A DNA stretch of 64,000 bases from a virus (Duplodnaviria; Caudoviricetes): IMG/VR virus record IMGVR_UViG_3300042397_003635; one strand, 5' to 3'. Below the pieces are notes generated by a model. The model was given only the letters and a program-made list of their open reading frames with translations. It ran no database searches and was not told the DNA's origin. Below, in pieces: positions 1 to 11,728 of the stretch (its first letter is position 1; each line of letters starts with the position of its first letter). The position numbers and the translations under genes are program-made.

Positions 1-3000
1 TAGTTCCAGCTGAAGTTTTTGAAACAGGTAAGCCAGTAAATAGCATTTCCCCTATTCCAGCATTAGATGACATAACTATTCCATTTGGTAAGATTTCAGA
101 AATGCCCGAGTAGTTATCTAGCCTATAGATAACTTGATCAATTATTCTAAGTAATCTTTTATTAGTATCTCCGGCATAAGGCAAAATATTAAATGTTGAA
201 TTTGTTTCGGATGCCAATAGCTGAGCGTTTGGATAAGTATATCCAGTTGCACCAGTTGAAGTATTCTTCAATTCTAAGATATCGATAACGTTTATTAGAG
301 AAGAACTTGCAGAGGCTACTCTATTTTGAGTTGCAATCGCATGTTTAATTTCAGCTTGATAAAAATCTGCTGATGCAGCCGCTGCCTTTTGGAAAAATTT
401 AATACCTACTGGAGAAGATGTTACTGTTGCATTAGCGGAAAGAGTTATCTTTGGCCTGGTTTGGCCGTTTGTATCAAGAACAGTATTATCAACTGCAACG
501 ATGTACGCCCCAGCTGGAATACCTGTACCTGTTACATAAACCTTATTAGATGCGTTGTAGTTTTGACCAGATGGATCTCCGTATGAGGTCACATCTAAAT
601 TTATTCCGTCTAATAAGTAAATATCTGGGCTACCTGAAGTTAATTCAGCAACCTGATTTTGTTTAGCAATATTGGATAAAATTGGTTTACTTATTGTTAA
701 GGTAGTTCCACTAATTGCAGTAACGGTTGTACCAAATTGAGTCCATCCGGTAATTCCAACCTCTGCTCCAATTAAAATTGGAGTTGCTGGAGTTGCGCTT
801 AGTATAATGGTAGAAGAACCTGCTTCAACACTTGCTGTAAGAGGAGTTGGTGTAACGGCGCTTCCGGTTATAGCGATTTGATTAACAAACGAATACTTAA
901 TACTATTAGACGTAACTAAACGATCTTTAATAAATGGATATAAACTTAAACCTGATGCCAAGTAGGAATTATTCTCAGTTGTGGTAATACCTTGGCTAGT
1001 TCCGCCTGGGAGAGTAACTATATTAATTGCTTGACCCTGTCCGTTTGATCCTAATCCATTTGCGTCAATAGGGAATTCAATTGTATAATAATCAAATGCG
1101 GCTGTACCAAACACTTTAGTTGAAGTATTATCTTTAAATGATAACATACTGTTTTCATTAACTCGACTAATTTCATCTACGATTTGAATGTCTGTGCCCT
1201 TATCGATTGAAAATATAAATGGAAGACCTCTATCTCCATAATTAGTAGGTAATGATAGGTCAAAACTATTTACTAGATTTATACTACTAAAGCTGGCTGG
1301 TAAAGTATTATACTTTTTGTTTTTAGCATAATACATAAATGCAAGGGTAATATCAGAAATTGGTTTATTTCCAGCTGGAGTAGGTGCTGAATTTATATTA
1401 ATTTTGTAATCAGCAAAAGAGTTGTTTATATTATTAAATACATGGTCTTCGGTTGGAGCAAGTCCGCCCGTTTTAGTTACAATTAGGCTTTTAGGAGAAT
1501 CGACTAAGCTAGAAACTTTTTTGTTTAATCTTAATTCAATTACCAATGTAATAAATTTAAAATCTCTAGATTCAATAAATTTAAATTGAATTGGGTTTTC
1601 TCCAGAATATGGAGTATCTTCAATTACCTTTAATATTGAAGTAAATCTATAGTCATTAAATCTATTTGATTCCCGAACATATTTAAGTGCTCCAGACAAT
1701 TCTTTTTCTGTAGTATTTGGAACAACTTCTTTAAAAACAAATTTAATTCCTTTAAAAATAGTTTTAGCAAGTCCAGTCAATTTATCCTTTTTAACTTGAG
1801 AAAAACGATATTGTGTTCTGGCACAAGGAGTTAATACTGAATTATTTAAATAACTTGGAGTAAAAATAAAATAATCTTCAAAATATCCTTCTTGTGTTAC
1901 TGCTAATGTTGGATCAAATGGCGTATCAAAATATAATTTATTTTGAGAGGCGGCTGTTATGTCATGAACATAGTCATATAGCGATTCAATATAAAACCAC
2001 TCATGTGTCATTAAACTTGAATCTGGTTCAGCCTTATTTGGTTCAGGCGAAAAATTATTTACACCAAATACTGTATCAGCATTAAGTCGATATGGATTTG
2101 ATCTAGAATCAAGTGAACCGTCTGCACCCCATTTACAAATGTATTTAACTAGACGGTTTTTTCCAGCGTTTTCCAATAAGAATCTTTCATAGTTGGAATC
2201 GTATTCAGATGAGATTTTTCCACTAGTAAATCTATCTCGATAAATATATGCGTTTGTCTTAGATGGACTCAATTCAGCATAATCGGATGTGATTGTAAAA
2301 AATCCTTTAAAATCTAGAATATCTGGAGTTTCCTCAGCTAACTCTACGTCATATGTTGGAGTTAATGTAGATAAAGCTGGAATAACAAATGGATCTCCAG
2401 TTATTTTTGAAAAACTAACAATGGTTGAGTTAGAGGTTTTTTCAATTAGATCGCCGTCTTCATATACAGTTGATCCAATTTTAATAGTTCCATTTAGAAC
2501 TCTATATGCAGATTTTCCTAGATTAATCATATTTACACCCTCTGGTATAAAGGCAGATTTCCAAACATCACTTAATTGAACTGATGCATATTGACTATCA
2601 ATATGATCAAAGTCAAAGTCTTTAATTGGTATAATTGATAGAGCGCTTACGTTAGGTTTAAACTTCTTTTTAAATTGGACTAGTCCAAACTTTAATAAGG
2701 CTTCTGTGCCAGCTTCAGTTAAAATGTTTATATTATTGTCGTAATAATTAACTGCAAATATTTTATCAACCTCAGTCGTAAATGTATTTTCACTAATATA
2801 GTCGATGCTCTTTACAATATTTTCTATTTCAACCCAACCTGATGGAGATTGAACTAAGATATCTGCTTTGTTTGCATGCAATTTTTCAAAATATTGTCCA
2901 TCTACTGAAATGTGAGAAGATAAAGCTGAACCTGGCTCAAAATTTACAACTGGACAGCCAATAATAATAGTTTGATCTAAATTACCGATACCAAATGTTA

Positions 3001-4831
3001 ATGTTTTAACTCCAGCGTCAGCGATTAAAGAACCTAACATATAATTAGTTTGGTTAACACTTGGCTGAGCTTCACCATAAACAATATAATCGCTTGCGGT
3101 TAGGTCGATTGTTGTACTATTATTTGTTCCTAATAACTCGGCAGCAGTTTTTCTAAATTCTGGAGAATCTGATATTAAAATCTTTGGCTCATCCGTTGAT
3201 GGAATATATTGAGCAGCATATTCTAGAGAAACATTACCTTCAGTATTTACAACAATAAAAACTCTATTGTCTTGTGAGTATGCCTTAAATCCACTGTTTT
3301 GGATAGCATTAATTGCTAAAGTTAAAGATTCTGCAATTTGATGTAAATTAGTTTCTAAATCCTCTTGTGAAACTACGTCAACACTATAGAAAAATTGATC
3401 TGGGCCAAACTCGTTATAGACTGCAAGCGCATCTAAAACTGGAGAACCTCCATAAGAGAATCCTGAAACCGCACTAAGCGTTTCATATCTTTTAGAATTT
3501 TGATTTGTTGATTTTCCATTAGGATAATATATTCTAATTTGATCTAGATGGTTTGGTATATCGTTAATAGTAATTTCAATAAATGAACGAATTCCGCCCT
3601 TAGTGTAGTCGGCCGAATCTTCCATAAAAGTCTCAGTCGGTCCATGTAATAGAGATAAGTCAATAGATTTACTTGAAATCTTTAATTTAGAATTTGCAAT
3701 ATCTACTTGTGAAATTTTATGTAAATTTCCAGACTTATCTTCAATTGAAAGAATACCGGCTCCGCCTAATTCAGTTAATGCAGCAGAAACTGATTGTGGA
3801 ATAGAATGAAATTTTAGGTCTAACCCAGCAGAGTTAGTTTGAATAAATTGAAGTTGAGCATATTCATAAGCATTTGGATTAGTTATACCTGGAGTATTTA
3901 ATCCCAATGCCGCATGATCACTTAAATCAAAGTCTAATTCAGCTAAATCGACAGTATTACAATACATTCCAAAATATCTGTTAAATTCAAAGTCATCTGA
4001 AGAATCTTCAAATAAAAACTCTAAATTTAAAATATATGGATAAATTATTGAATTCCTTTCATATCCAAGAGTTACGTATTCTTCAAAATCAGTAAGGGTT
4101 TTTCCTCCAATAATTAATTCTTGTAAATTCTCAAACTTTTCAGTATAACATCCAACTTTATATGCTATACCTGAATAAGAAGACAATAATCCTCGGTTAA
4201 ATGGAAAATTTAAAGTATTTTCTGGAAAAAGCTGATTACTCTGCATTTTTTTAATATACTTTCCTATGTTAGAATCTACTCCAAGATCAAAGGTTTTAAT
4301 AATCTGCGCTGTATTTAATAAACTTGCAAGGTGCGTAGTTTTATTATATGGATAGCTATCTTTTGTTTCGGAGATTGGCAAATTACTTGCACCAGGTATT
4401 TTAAATATTACAAATTTTTCTGGAATTTCTTTATTTAGATAAATTGGTGCAAAGTATTTAAATTTCTCAGAATAATTTTTAGAAATGCAATATCTTGCAC
4501 CAGAAAAATATTCAGAAAAATCGTATTGGTCTGCAAAATTAGCAGATGTTGCATTTAATGAAACATTGGTTTTTACATCAAACACAATAGACTCTGGTGT
4601 ATTACCATTACTAAAAAATCTATATAAGTTCGAATCATGATGAGAAGTTGGGTCAATTGGATAAGCTTTATACTTATCTTTAGCCAATTCCGTATTTGCA
4701 TCAATTGATTCAAAAAATAAATTTTGACCAGAATCTATTACTAACTTAACATTTCCGGTAAGTTTAGGGTTTGTTCTGACCAATCCAAATGATGTGTCAA
4801 AGGGTGTAATCTTTTTATAAGATAATGCCAC
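1..4831 (-). CDS. Giant putative virion structural protein, >1610 aa, truncated at the left window edge (absent from the ORF track)
   Basis: GTG at 4831 after an A-rich leader, 22 nt downstream of the previous stop. N-terminus translates as MALSYKKITPFDTSFGLVRTNPKLTGNVKLVIDS. Spot checks near 4200, 3600, 3000, 2100, 1980, 1200, 840 and 1-30 found no in-frame stop. Last gene of a co-directional structural block. Confidence 0.8.
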   Translation of the reverse strand, partial: MALSYKKITPFDTSFGLVRTNPKLTGNVKLVIDSGQNLFFESIDANTELAKDKYKAYPIDPTSHHDSNLYRFFSNGNTPESIVFDVKTNVSLNATSANFADQYDFSEYFSGARYCISKNYSEKFKYFAPIYLNKEIPEKFVIFKIPGASNLPISETKDSYPYNKTTHLASLLNTAQIIKTFDLGVDSNIGKYIKKMQSNQLFPENTLNFPFNRGLLSSYSGIAYKVGCYTEKFENLQELIIGGKTLTDFEEYVTLGYERNSIIYPYILNLEFLFEDSSDDFEFNRYFGMYCNTVDLAELDFDLSDHAALGLNTPGITNPNAYEYAQLQFIQTNSAGLDLKFHSIPQSVSAALTELGGAGILSIEDKSGNLHKISQVDIANSKLKISSKSIDLSLLHGPTETFMEDSADYTKGGIRSFIEITINDIPNHLDQIRIYYPNGKSTNQNSKRYETLSAVSGFSYGGSPVLDALAVYNEFGPDQFFYSVDVVSQEDLETNLHQIAESLTLAINAIQNSGFKAYSQDNRVFIVVNTEGNVSLEYAAQYIPSTDEPKILISDSPEFRKTAAELLGTNNSTTIDLTASDYIVYGEAQPSVNQTNYMLGSLIADAGVKTLTFGIGNLDQTIIIGCPVVNFEPGSALSSHISVDGQYFEKLHANKADILVQSPSGWVEIENIVKSIDYISENTFTTEVDKIFAVNYYDNNINILTEAGTEALLKFGLVQFKKKFKPNVSALSIIPIKDFDFDHIDSQYASVQLSDVWKSAFIPEGVNMINLGKSAYRVLNGTIKIGSTVYEDGDLIEKTSNSTIVSFSKITGDPFVIPALSTLTPTYDVELAEETPDILDFKGFFTITSDYAELSPSKTNAYIYRDRFTSGKISSEYDSNYERFLLENAGKNRLVKYICKWGADGSLDSRSNPYRLNADTVFGVNNFSPEPNKAEPDSSLMTHEWFYIESLYDYVHDITAASQNKLYFDTPFDPTLAVTQEGYFEDYFIFTPSYLNNSVLTPCARTQYRFSQVKKDKLTGLAKTIFKGIKFVFKEVVPNTTEKELSGALKYVRESNRFNDYRFTSILKVIEDTPYSGENPIQFKFIESRDFKFITLVIELRLNKKVSSLVDSPKSLIVTKTGGLAPTEDHVFNNINNSFADYKININSAPTPAGNKPISDITLAFMYYAKNKKYNTLPASFSSINLVNSFDLSLPTNYGDRGLPFIFSIDKGTDIQIVDEISRVNENSMLSFKDNTSTKVFGTAAFDYYTIEFPIDANGLGSNGQGQAINIVTLPGGTSQGITTTENNSYLASGLSLYPFIKDRLVTSNSIKYSFVNQIAITGSAVTPTPLTASVEAGSSTIILSATPATPILIGAEVGITGWTQFGTTVTAISGTTLTISKPILSNIAKQNQVAELTSGSPDIYLLDGINLDVTSYGDPSGQNYNASNKVYVTGTGIPAGAYIVAVDNTVLDTNGQTRPKITLSANATVTSSPVGIKFFQKAAAASADFYQAEIKHAIATQNRVASASSSLINVIDILELKNTSTGATGYTYPNAQLLASETNSTFNILPYAGDTNKRLLRIIDQVIYRLDNYSGISEILPNGIVMSSNAGIGEMLFTGLPVSKTSAGT

Positions 4832-4853
4832 GTGATTCTACTTAATTTTTATA

Positions 4854-7800
4854 TTACATAAAATTAGTGATAGAAGAATTCATGGATAAATCAAATGCTG
4901 AGTTTTTAAGAATATCAGTTAAATCTGATATGTAAACTCCGCCACCGCCTCCGCCACCAGATGAAACTGGCGTAAATATAGTTGGCGATGTAATAATTGT
5001 ATCACGCTGATGCTTACCACTAACTTGAATATCAAATTCAAACAATCCACTTTTTGTGTAAATGTCCAATCCGATAATTTTTGTATATGTAATGTTGGTT
5101 AATTTTTGACCGGTTGACCAGCCTCCAATTTCACCGATTTTATCAGTTGTTCTAAATTGAAAAACTACTGGCACTGTTATTGAAGCAGCCGATCCAGCCA
5201 TAACTGTACGTTTAGATGATCTAGCGTTTGAACCATCTACTGAAATTGATGCATAAGATTGTGGCATCATAAACAAATATGCACCACAGGTCTTTTTACC
5301 AATTAAGTAATCATCGCCAGTACCAAATCCCAACTTAATTGGAAAAGTATTTAGGGCAGTATATAGCGCTCCGCCATATGCAGATGGCGAAACTGGTGTA
5401 ACTCTTTCCGCTTGAGCATAATATGGTACGCCAAATTCGTTTGTTCCAGCTTCGACGCTTGTATTAAAGTGAATAGCTTGAGAAAACGGTAAATACTTTT
5501 GAGCAGTACTTGTTATAGTATTATTAGAAAATTCGTAAATAGAATTTGTAGTTAATCCTAAGAAAATATTGTTAATTGTTGCAGTAGACGGAGATGCAAC
5601 TGTACCTAATACAGAAAAATACGGGTGGTCTTTATGAATACAAAACTCAGTATAGGTTCCATTTCCTTGACCTACACCATTTGTTACGGAACCGTTCCAA
5701 ACTTCAATTGCAGATCCTCCAGATGGAATTGATGGTAAGTAGTGTCCTCCCATATAATTAGGCTTTCCAGAAACTGCGTTTGCTGATTGACTAAACGCAT
5801 AGTTTTGGTTTGTAAAATATGAAGAAGGATTGGTGTTAGATCCAAATGCTGATGTATCTAATAGGTCACCATAATATAATCTCTTTCCATTATCTGAGTT
5901 ATAATATCTAGCATAGACGTATTGGCTTTTTACTTGAGCAGATTGATATCCTGTTCTTTGAGTAAATGCCGCAAAGCCTGCGCTAGCAACTCCATTTAAG
6001 TTTAATGGAATCTTATCATATCTTAGATATGCATTGTATTGAGTATCTGTGTTTGCTCCTGGGAAAGAAGTTGGTGCAGCAACTCCAATACCTCCACCTA
6101 GAGTTGAAACTAGTTCAAGCGGAGTTTGTGAAGCATTTCTAATCTTTACTTGATATTCCTTTGATACAATTTTTCCCTTATCTAATGCGCCATCTGCTAA
6201 TTTAGCAGAGTCTACATAATATCCGGCGAATAGATCAACCATTTGACCATTTGTAACCTGAACTTCACTTCCTTCTGGTGTAACAATACTAACAATAAGT
6301 TCAGCAGTTGCAGTTGAAAGAGATGATTGAATTGCAGAAAGAGAATCAGCAATTTCCTTTAATTTATCATATAAAGAAATTGCAGTACCGTCTGCTAAGA
6401 AAAATCCAGATGCAATTGCATCAGTTGTATGTGAATAGTATTTGTCTTTACTACTAAACGCGGTTGATAGGTGAAGGTCTAACCCTCTAGCATTAAGTTC
6501 TTCTTGTAAAGCAATTCGACTTTCATCTGCCATTGCCTGTTGAGCAATCAAAGTATTTTCTTCAGACGATTGAATATTTGCTGGAAAATCTATAGTAATA
6601 GATTCTGACCAATCCGATTCAACTGGATTATCAGGAAAACCTGCTTCAGATAAAGATTTAATTTTAATTTCTACAGATTCCCCTTTTCTAATTGCAATTT
6701 CTAATTGGTTAATGTTAACCGAATTTGGATCAGCTACATTTTCCTCTGTCCATTCATATAGGCCAGTTGTTGAATTATAAACCTTTTGTTTAGATTTAGT
6801 TAAAACTTCTGTCCATGGAGAAAAATATCCAGTACGTTGAGTTCCAGTAGAATCAGTAAATGTAATAGGATCAGCTGCGGATGCATCTTTATTTGAACTT
6901 AAATATCGGTAAGCAATCTTAAACTGCACAGTTTTCTGTAAGCCATATGGCGAATTAATATCTGCTGGAATTTCCCAAAAACCTCTAACTCTATATTTAG
7001 GTGAAATGCTAAACTCAGGAGAAGTTTTTACATTTAATGAAAGTTCTTTAACTACAGTTGATAGCTGAGAAAAGGCTTGTGCTCTAGCTGAAGTTTTATT
7101 GTTTAAATCAGACTGAGCTTTTAAACGAATTGCATCGTTTTGGTTACCCGAAGAATTAATAGTTTTCTTAAGAGTATCAATCGATTTATCAAGCTCTCTT
7201 AGATTAGAGTTAATTGACTCTTTTTGCGAAACTAGATTTTTAACAGTTGATGCAGAATCAGTATTTGTTACATGAGAATCAATTTGTAAAACTTTAAAAT
7301 TTGCAGCATTTAATGCTGGGGCATTCGGTTGAAATCCTAATGAGTTAGGAAGTTTCTTTTCTTTAGCAAATGATAAAAATAGTAAACCAAAATCTGCTAC
7401 AAAGTTATTATAGTATTCGTTTAGGGTTAAGTTTTGACCAGTTTGTAGAGTAATTTGAAGTTCATTTGTATAAATTCCAAAACCACTAGAAATAAAATCT
7501 ACAGTTAAGTCCATTTTTGAACTAATTGGTTTGATGAAAATTACTTCTCTTTCATTATAACCAATATTTACTGCAAGAATAGGTGAACGGTATATTTCCG
7601 GTTTAATTCTTAGGTTTTCAAATAAAACAATACCATCTGAACCAAATACGCGTTTTAAAATAACTGACTTGTCTTTAGTATCAACTGATTCAACTAAATA
7701 TTCTGAATTTTCTTCAGTAATTAATCTTGAGCCAACTGATAATTCTCGGCGCTGTGCCGCTGGAGTAGATCCAGTAACATCAGTATAGTCTAATCTATCT

Positions 7801-8549
7801 AAAACATACTTTATTTTGCTATAGCTTAGGATTTCTCCGTTAATCGTTTCAGGAACGGTGATTTCCGATATAGTTTGGACTTTAAACGTTCCTCTATATC
7901 TGTTAATTGCACCAGGTAAATCAACGATATTTGTATCTTCGAAATAAGAGATTCCATTGTTTACTAAATCATTTAGTAAAGTAGTATAGTTGATTGTATT
8001 TTTTCCATTATAATTATTATTAAAATACGTAATTAAGTCAGTATCTTCTCCAACATTAACAATTACTCGACGAACTTCAAACTTAGAAATATCATCAGCC
8101 ATATAATTGGTTACATCGATCGGAACATATAATAGTGGGCTAAGGAAACTTTCAAAAAACCAGTTGTTTTTGGTTTTAAATCTAGTCGGTAGGCTAAGCG
8201 ACGCATCCCCAATTTTCTCTAAATCAGAGATAGTTTGAGTAATATCATTAAGCTCGAATCTTTTAACATTTCCCTGATCGTCTTTAATTCCAATGGTATT
8301 TCCATTTGCATTTATTAAAGTCTTAAATTTAGCATCAATTTCCTCAATGCGACCATTCATATAACCAATCGAAGGAATTGGAATAGTCGTACTTGTAGTA
8401 GGATCGTCTGTGTTAATTTGAGTAACTTCAACTTGGCTAGAATTTGTAGTCAGAGCTTGATTCATTTTTGAAATAAGCTCTTGTGCGTTTGCTGACTGTA
8501 CGCCAAGTGAACCTAGGATCTCTGATAAAGAGTTTGTTTCTTCAGCCAT
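4854..8549 (-). CDS. Large putative virion structural protein (1231 aa) with central coiled coil and beta-rich regions
   Basis: Long ORF overlapping the upstream stop (TAATG). Coiled-coil segment (KESINSNLRELDKSIDTLKK), S/T/G/N-rich beta-type sequence, structural operon context. No family recognised. Confidence 0.6.
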   Translation of the reverse strand: MAEETNSLSEILGSLGVQSANAQELISKMNQALTTNSSQVEVTQINTDDPTTSTTIPIPSIGYMNGRIEEIDAKFKTLINANGNTIGIKDDQGNVKRFELNDITQTISDLEKIGDASLSLPTRFKTKNNWFFESFLSPLLYVPIDVTNYMADDISKFEVRRVIVNVGEDTDLITYFNNNYNGKNTINYTTLLNDLVNNGISYFEDTNIVDLPGAINRYRGTFKVQTISEITVPETINGEILSYSKIKYVLDRLDYTDVTGSTPAAQRRELSVGSRLITEENSEYLVESVDTKDKSVILKRVFGSDGIVLFENLRIKPEIYRSPILAVNIGYNEREVIFIKPISSKMDLTVDFISSGFGIYTNELQITLQTGQNLTLNEYYNNFVADFGLLFLSFAKEKKLPNSLGFQPNAPALNAANFKVLQIDSHVTNTDSASTVKNLVSQKESINSNLRELDKSIDTLKKTINSSGNQNDAIRLKAQSDLNNKTSARAQAFSQLSTVVKELSLNVKTSPEFSISPKYRVRGFWEIPADINSPYGLQKTVQFKIAYRYLSSNKDASAADPITFTDSTGTQRTGYFSPWTEVLTKSKQKVYNSTTGLYEWTEENVADPNSVNINQLEIAIRKGESVEIKIKSLSEAGFPDNPVESDWSESITIDFPANIQSSEENTLIAQQAMADESRIALQEELNARGLDLHLSTAFSSKDKYYSHTTDAIASGFFLADGTAISLYDKLKEIADSLSAIQSSLSTATAELIVSIVTPEGSEVQVTNGQMVDLFAGYYVDSAKLADGALDKGKIVSKEYQVKIRNASQTPLELVSTLGGGIGVAAPTSFPGANTDTQYNAYLRYDKIPLNLNGVASAGFAAFTQRTGYQSAQVKSQYVYARYYNSDNGKRLYYGDLLDTSAFGSNTNPSSYFTNQNYAFSQSANAVSGKPNYMGGHYLPSIPSGGSAIEVWNGSVTNGVGQGNGTYTEFCIHKDHPYFSVLGTVASPSTATINNIFLGLTTNSIYEFSNNTITSTAQKYLPFSQAIHFNTSVEAGTNEFGVPYYAQAERVTPVSPSAYGGALYTALNTFPIKLGFGTGDDYLIGKKTCGAYLFMMPQSYASISVDGSNARSSKRTVMAGSAASITVPVVFQFRTTDKIGEIGGWSTGQKLTNITYTKIIGLDIYTKSGLFEFDIQVSGKHQRDTIITSPTIFTPVSSGGGGGGGVYISDLTDILKNSAFDLSMNSSITNFM

Positions 8550-10678
8550 TATCGTATTCTATCTATTTTAAAGTCCAAGTTTAAAGAATCTGTACAGATT
8601 ATTTCAAAAATAGGGCGATTATCGCTGGACCAGCCGTAATCTGTTAAAACTCCTATTCTTGTATTATATGCTTGAGTAACATTAGAAAAATCTAAATTTG
8701 TTGATCTTGCAAGAGCATCTGTTGAAAGTGTGATAGTATAACCATTTAGGATAACTGGATCGGCAAACACTAAACGTAGAACTTGACCCTTTTTCCATTG
8801 AGTTAGGGTATCGTTAACTTTAAGTGTAATGTTTCCGGTAAGAGTGTGCGAATTTCCAGATTTTTCGTGTCTATAGTAATTAGTAAACGGTACTAACGCA
8901 ATTGACTGCGCAAGCGAAATATCAAATATTGGAGTAATTTCAAAGTTATAATCTGGGGTTTCATTATTAATACTTACCTGATTATTAACTGAGCGACTAA
9001 CTCCGATTCCGGTTCCACTCTTTACTACATCCGTATTATATGCAACCTCTAATGAAGTTTTACCTTGTACAAAATTAGAAAGTTGACCTTCTACATTTGT
9101 AATTTTTTCAATAACGTTTTTAGTATTTAAGAATAGGGCGCTATTTGCTAGAAGAGCCTTTTCTAAGCTAGATAATCTAGCCTCAATATCAGAAGTTTTG
9201 CTAGTAGTCAATAGACTGGCTTTGGCTTTTTCCCAATCTGTTTGTAGGGCTGCATATTTTGCAAGCCTATCCTCTTGATTAATCGCAATTGTTTGAAATC
9301 TATTCATTAAGTCAACAAATAAATCTAAGCTAAATCCAGCGTTTGCATTAATGTTTTTAACTGGCTCAATTGCAACATCTTCAATTGAAGTATCAAATTT
9401 AACATTTAATTTAAACGCATATGAGTTTCCATTAATTTTGCTTAATGGATCTGGTTTGTATTTAGTTAATCTTGGAATTTCAAATTCAAGACCATTTGAT
9501 TGAATCTTATTTAGGAACAAGACTCCATATAGATTTTTTGCTTTTAATACTTTTGTTACTGGATCAATCACGTCATAATAAACTAAAACTGTGTTAAAGT
9601 CAAAGTTTTTATTTTGTACGTTAATATCATTTAGCGCAGAAAATGATGTTACTGCATTTTGAGTTGCAACTAAATAGTCAGAAAGTTTAAAATCAATACA
9701 AACTCCATCTAGTGTAGATCTAGTGTAACTTATTGTAGTCGATACTCCACTAGTAACCTTGGTCTTTTTAATCTTTTTATTTACAGCAGTATTATATTTC
9801 CAAGCAGCAAGCTGTGTATTATAAGTACCATCTGTATAGTATGAATTATTAAGGGTTCCTTGAAACCAGTTTTGCGTAGTATATGTGCTACCGCCATATG
9901 CGGCTTGTTCTAATGTGACTGTCGAATCATCTAAATCATAGAATGCATTTAGACTTAATCCTTGCGGGTGAACATCTGTATAGTGACGACCAACAATTGT
10001 TTCTCTATCTTCTGGTAACTCTGGTGTATGTGTAATCGCCATATTTGGTCTATAATTAGCATCCTCAACAGAGTTAAACAATATGTATGGAGTCGATCCG
10101 GCATTGTTTGGAACATGCAAATATAATTCGCTATATGAGTTTTCTTTACCTTTATATGAATTTACAATATCGATTTCTCCAATATATTGGACAACTTTGG
10201 AATATGAAGAACCTACTGTCATATTTTCTTCTGCAAATATTCCAGTTTGAGATGTTTCTAGTGTATTTGCATCTCTCCAGCGAATTGCACCAGATTCCTT
10301 TAACCATTTCCAAAAAACTCTCTCTGATACATTGAGAGGAAGGTCTCTACTATATGAAGTTTGAGAAATTAAAAGAGCTTCTAAATTTAACGCGTAGTTT
10401 TGAAAGCTTTGTGCTAAATTGTAATTTTGGTTGCTTTGATTATAAAGACCTGGGTCGGTCATTAAAGTTTCACCTTGAGCTTTAAAAAATAGCTTGTTAT
10501 CTGAAGGAGTTCCGTCTGGAGTTCCAACATTAGGTAAATTTAAAAGCACAAAGTTAGAAAACTTAAATTGATTACCACTATTGTTAAATGATAGAGTTAA
10601 GTCTTCTAACGAACTTTGAAAGGTATAAAATATACCCTTTCTAGTTGTAATAGGTTTTATAATAGGAGCAACTGCCAT
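8549..10678 (-). CDS. Putative virion structural protein (709 aa) with coiled-coil segment
   Basis: Long ORF in the structural operon; heptad-like region (DIEARLSSLEKALLAN...IEKITNVEGQLSNF). No family recognised. Confidence 0.6.
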   Translation of the reverse strand: MAVAPIIKPITTRKGIFYTFQSSLEDLTLSFNNSGNQFKFSNFVLLNLPNVGTPDGTPSDNKLFFKAQGETLMTDPGLYNQSNQNYNLAQSFQNYALNLEALLISQTSYSRDLPLNVSERVFWKWLKESGAIRWRDANTLETSQTGIFAEENMTVGSSYSKVVQYIGEIDIVNSYKGKENSYSELYLHVPNNAGSTPYILFNSVEDANYRPNMAITHTPELPEDRETIVGRHYTDVHPQGLSLNAFYDLDDSTVTLEQAAYGGSTYTTQNWFQGTLNNSYYTDGTYNTQLAAWKYNTAVNKKIKKTKVTSGVSTTISYTRSTLDGVCIDFKLSDYLVATQNAVTSFSALNDINVQNKNFDFNTVLVYYDVIDPVTKVLKAKNLYGVLFLNKIQSNGLEFEIPRLTKYKPDPLSKINGNSYAFKLNVKFDTSIEDVAIEPVKNINANAGFSLDLFVDLMNRFQTIAINQEDRLAKYAALQTDWEKAKASLLTTSKTSDIEARLSSLEKALLANSALFLNTKNVIEKITNVEGQLSNFVQGKTSLEVAYNTDVVKSGTGIGVSRSVNNQVSINNETPDYNFEITPIFDISLAQSIALVPFTNYYRHEKSGNSHTLTGNITLKVNDTLTQWKKGQVLRLVFADPVILNGYTITLSTDALARSTNLDFSNVTQAYNTRIGVLTDYGWSSDNRPIFEIICTDSLNLDFKIDRIR

Positions 10679-10699
10679 TTTGCGCTCTGGGTTTTATTT

Positions 10700-11722
10700 T
10701 TAGATGTTATAAACTGCGTTTGAATCTCCAGTTACAACAAGTCTTGCTTGGTTATTTCCCCAAGTTGAAGGTAAGTTTGCACTGTTTTTAACAGTACCTA
10801 CATTCATTAGAGTAACAGATGAATTAAATAGATTTGTGCTTAATCCAACTGCCCATTGTGAAGCAAGTGTAGTATGAGTCGAATCTAGTCCTACTGCATC
10901 TTGATCCATTATTGCAAAATCTTGTCCTATAATTCTAATTTTATGCGTAGCTGAGTTTGCCGCAGCAAAAGTTTCATACGTTCCACTTACGTGAGTTGTG
11001 GTACCACCAGTAGTATAGGTAATTGCTCGTACCATAATTTTAAATTCTTGACCTGGTCTTATTGGAGAGTTTGTATCGTTTATTAGAACAATATCAATAC
11101 CATCTGTAATGGTGCTTTGGAAAGCACTTCCACTATAAAATGAGCTAGCGTCTAGAGTTAATATAATTAAGGATTTGCTTGTTGCAGTTAGAGTAACTTC
11201 GGCTTTTGCACGGTTTGCACCAGATACCGCGACTAGATTTTTTGTAACGTCTTCCTTACTATTAGAGAAGCTTCCAGTAATATTAACTGAACCTGCTAAG
11301 TTAGATTGACCGTTTGCTGTAATTGCTCCGGTGAAAGTTGATGTACCAGAGATAGCAAGGCCAGCTGAAGTAATTGAAGAATTAGCGACTAAGGTTCCAG
11401 TTGTAATTTTACCTACAAGAGCACTGTTAACCGTTTCAGTTTCAAATTTAATTAAATCTGCAGTACCGTTTACATTTTTAAAATATAACTGTCCGTTTTG
11501 AATAGTTAATACCCTTGTTTTTAACTCAGTTAGTGGAGTTAGGGTAGAATCTGGGTCAACTCCGATCTTTTTATCAGAAAGATCAATTTTTAAGTTGTTA
11601 ATTAGATCTTCTAGTTTACTCTTAAGCAATCCGACATTGCTATTTGAGATAATACGCATATCTGAAACATACGTGGTTTCTAGAATTTCTTGTGTTGATA
11701 GTGATAGTGCAACAAAAGCCAT
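10700..11722 (-). CDS. Putative tail fibre-like structural protein (340 aa)
   Basis: Late-promoter motif upstream; T/S/G/A-rich fibre-like stretch (GTSTFTGAITANGQSNLAGSVNITGSF). Confidence 0.5.
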   Translation of the reverse strand: MAFVALSLSTQEILETTYVSDMRIISNSNVGLLKSKLEDLINNLKIDLSDKKIGVDPDSTLTPLTELKTRVLTIQNGQLYFKNVNGTADLIKFETETVNSALVGKITTGTLVANSSITSAGLAISGTSTFTGAITANGQSNLAGSVNITGSFSNSKEDVTKNLVAVSGANRAKAEVTLTATSKSLIILTLDASSFYSGSAFQSTITDGIDIVLINDTNSPIRPGQEFKIMVRAITYTTGGTTTHVSGTYETFAAANSATHKIRIIGQDFAIMDQDAVGLDSTHTTLASQWAVGLSTNLFNSSVTLMNVGTVKNSANLPSTWGNNQARLVVTGDSNAVYNI

Positions 11723-11728
11723 TTGTTT

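Noticed and set aside
389-2579. Short plus-strand ORFs 389-586, 1894-2085 and 2289-2579
   Set aside because: Antisense shadows of the large minus-strand gene 1-4831; no motifs.
4930-4965. Poly-glycine run (GGGGGGG) in the 1231-aa protein
   Set aside because: Encoded by mixed GGN codons; an ordinary flexible linker, not a phase-variable tract.
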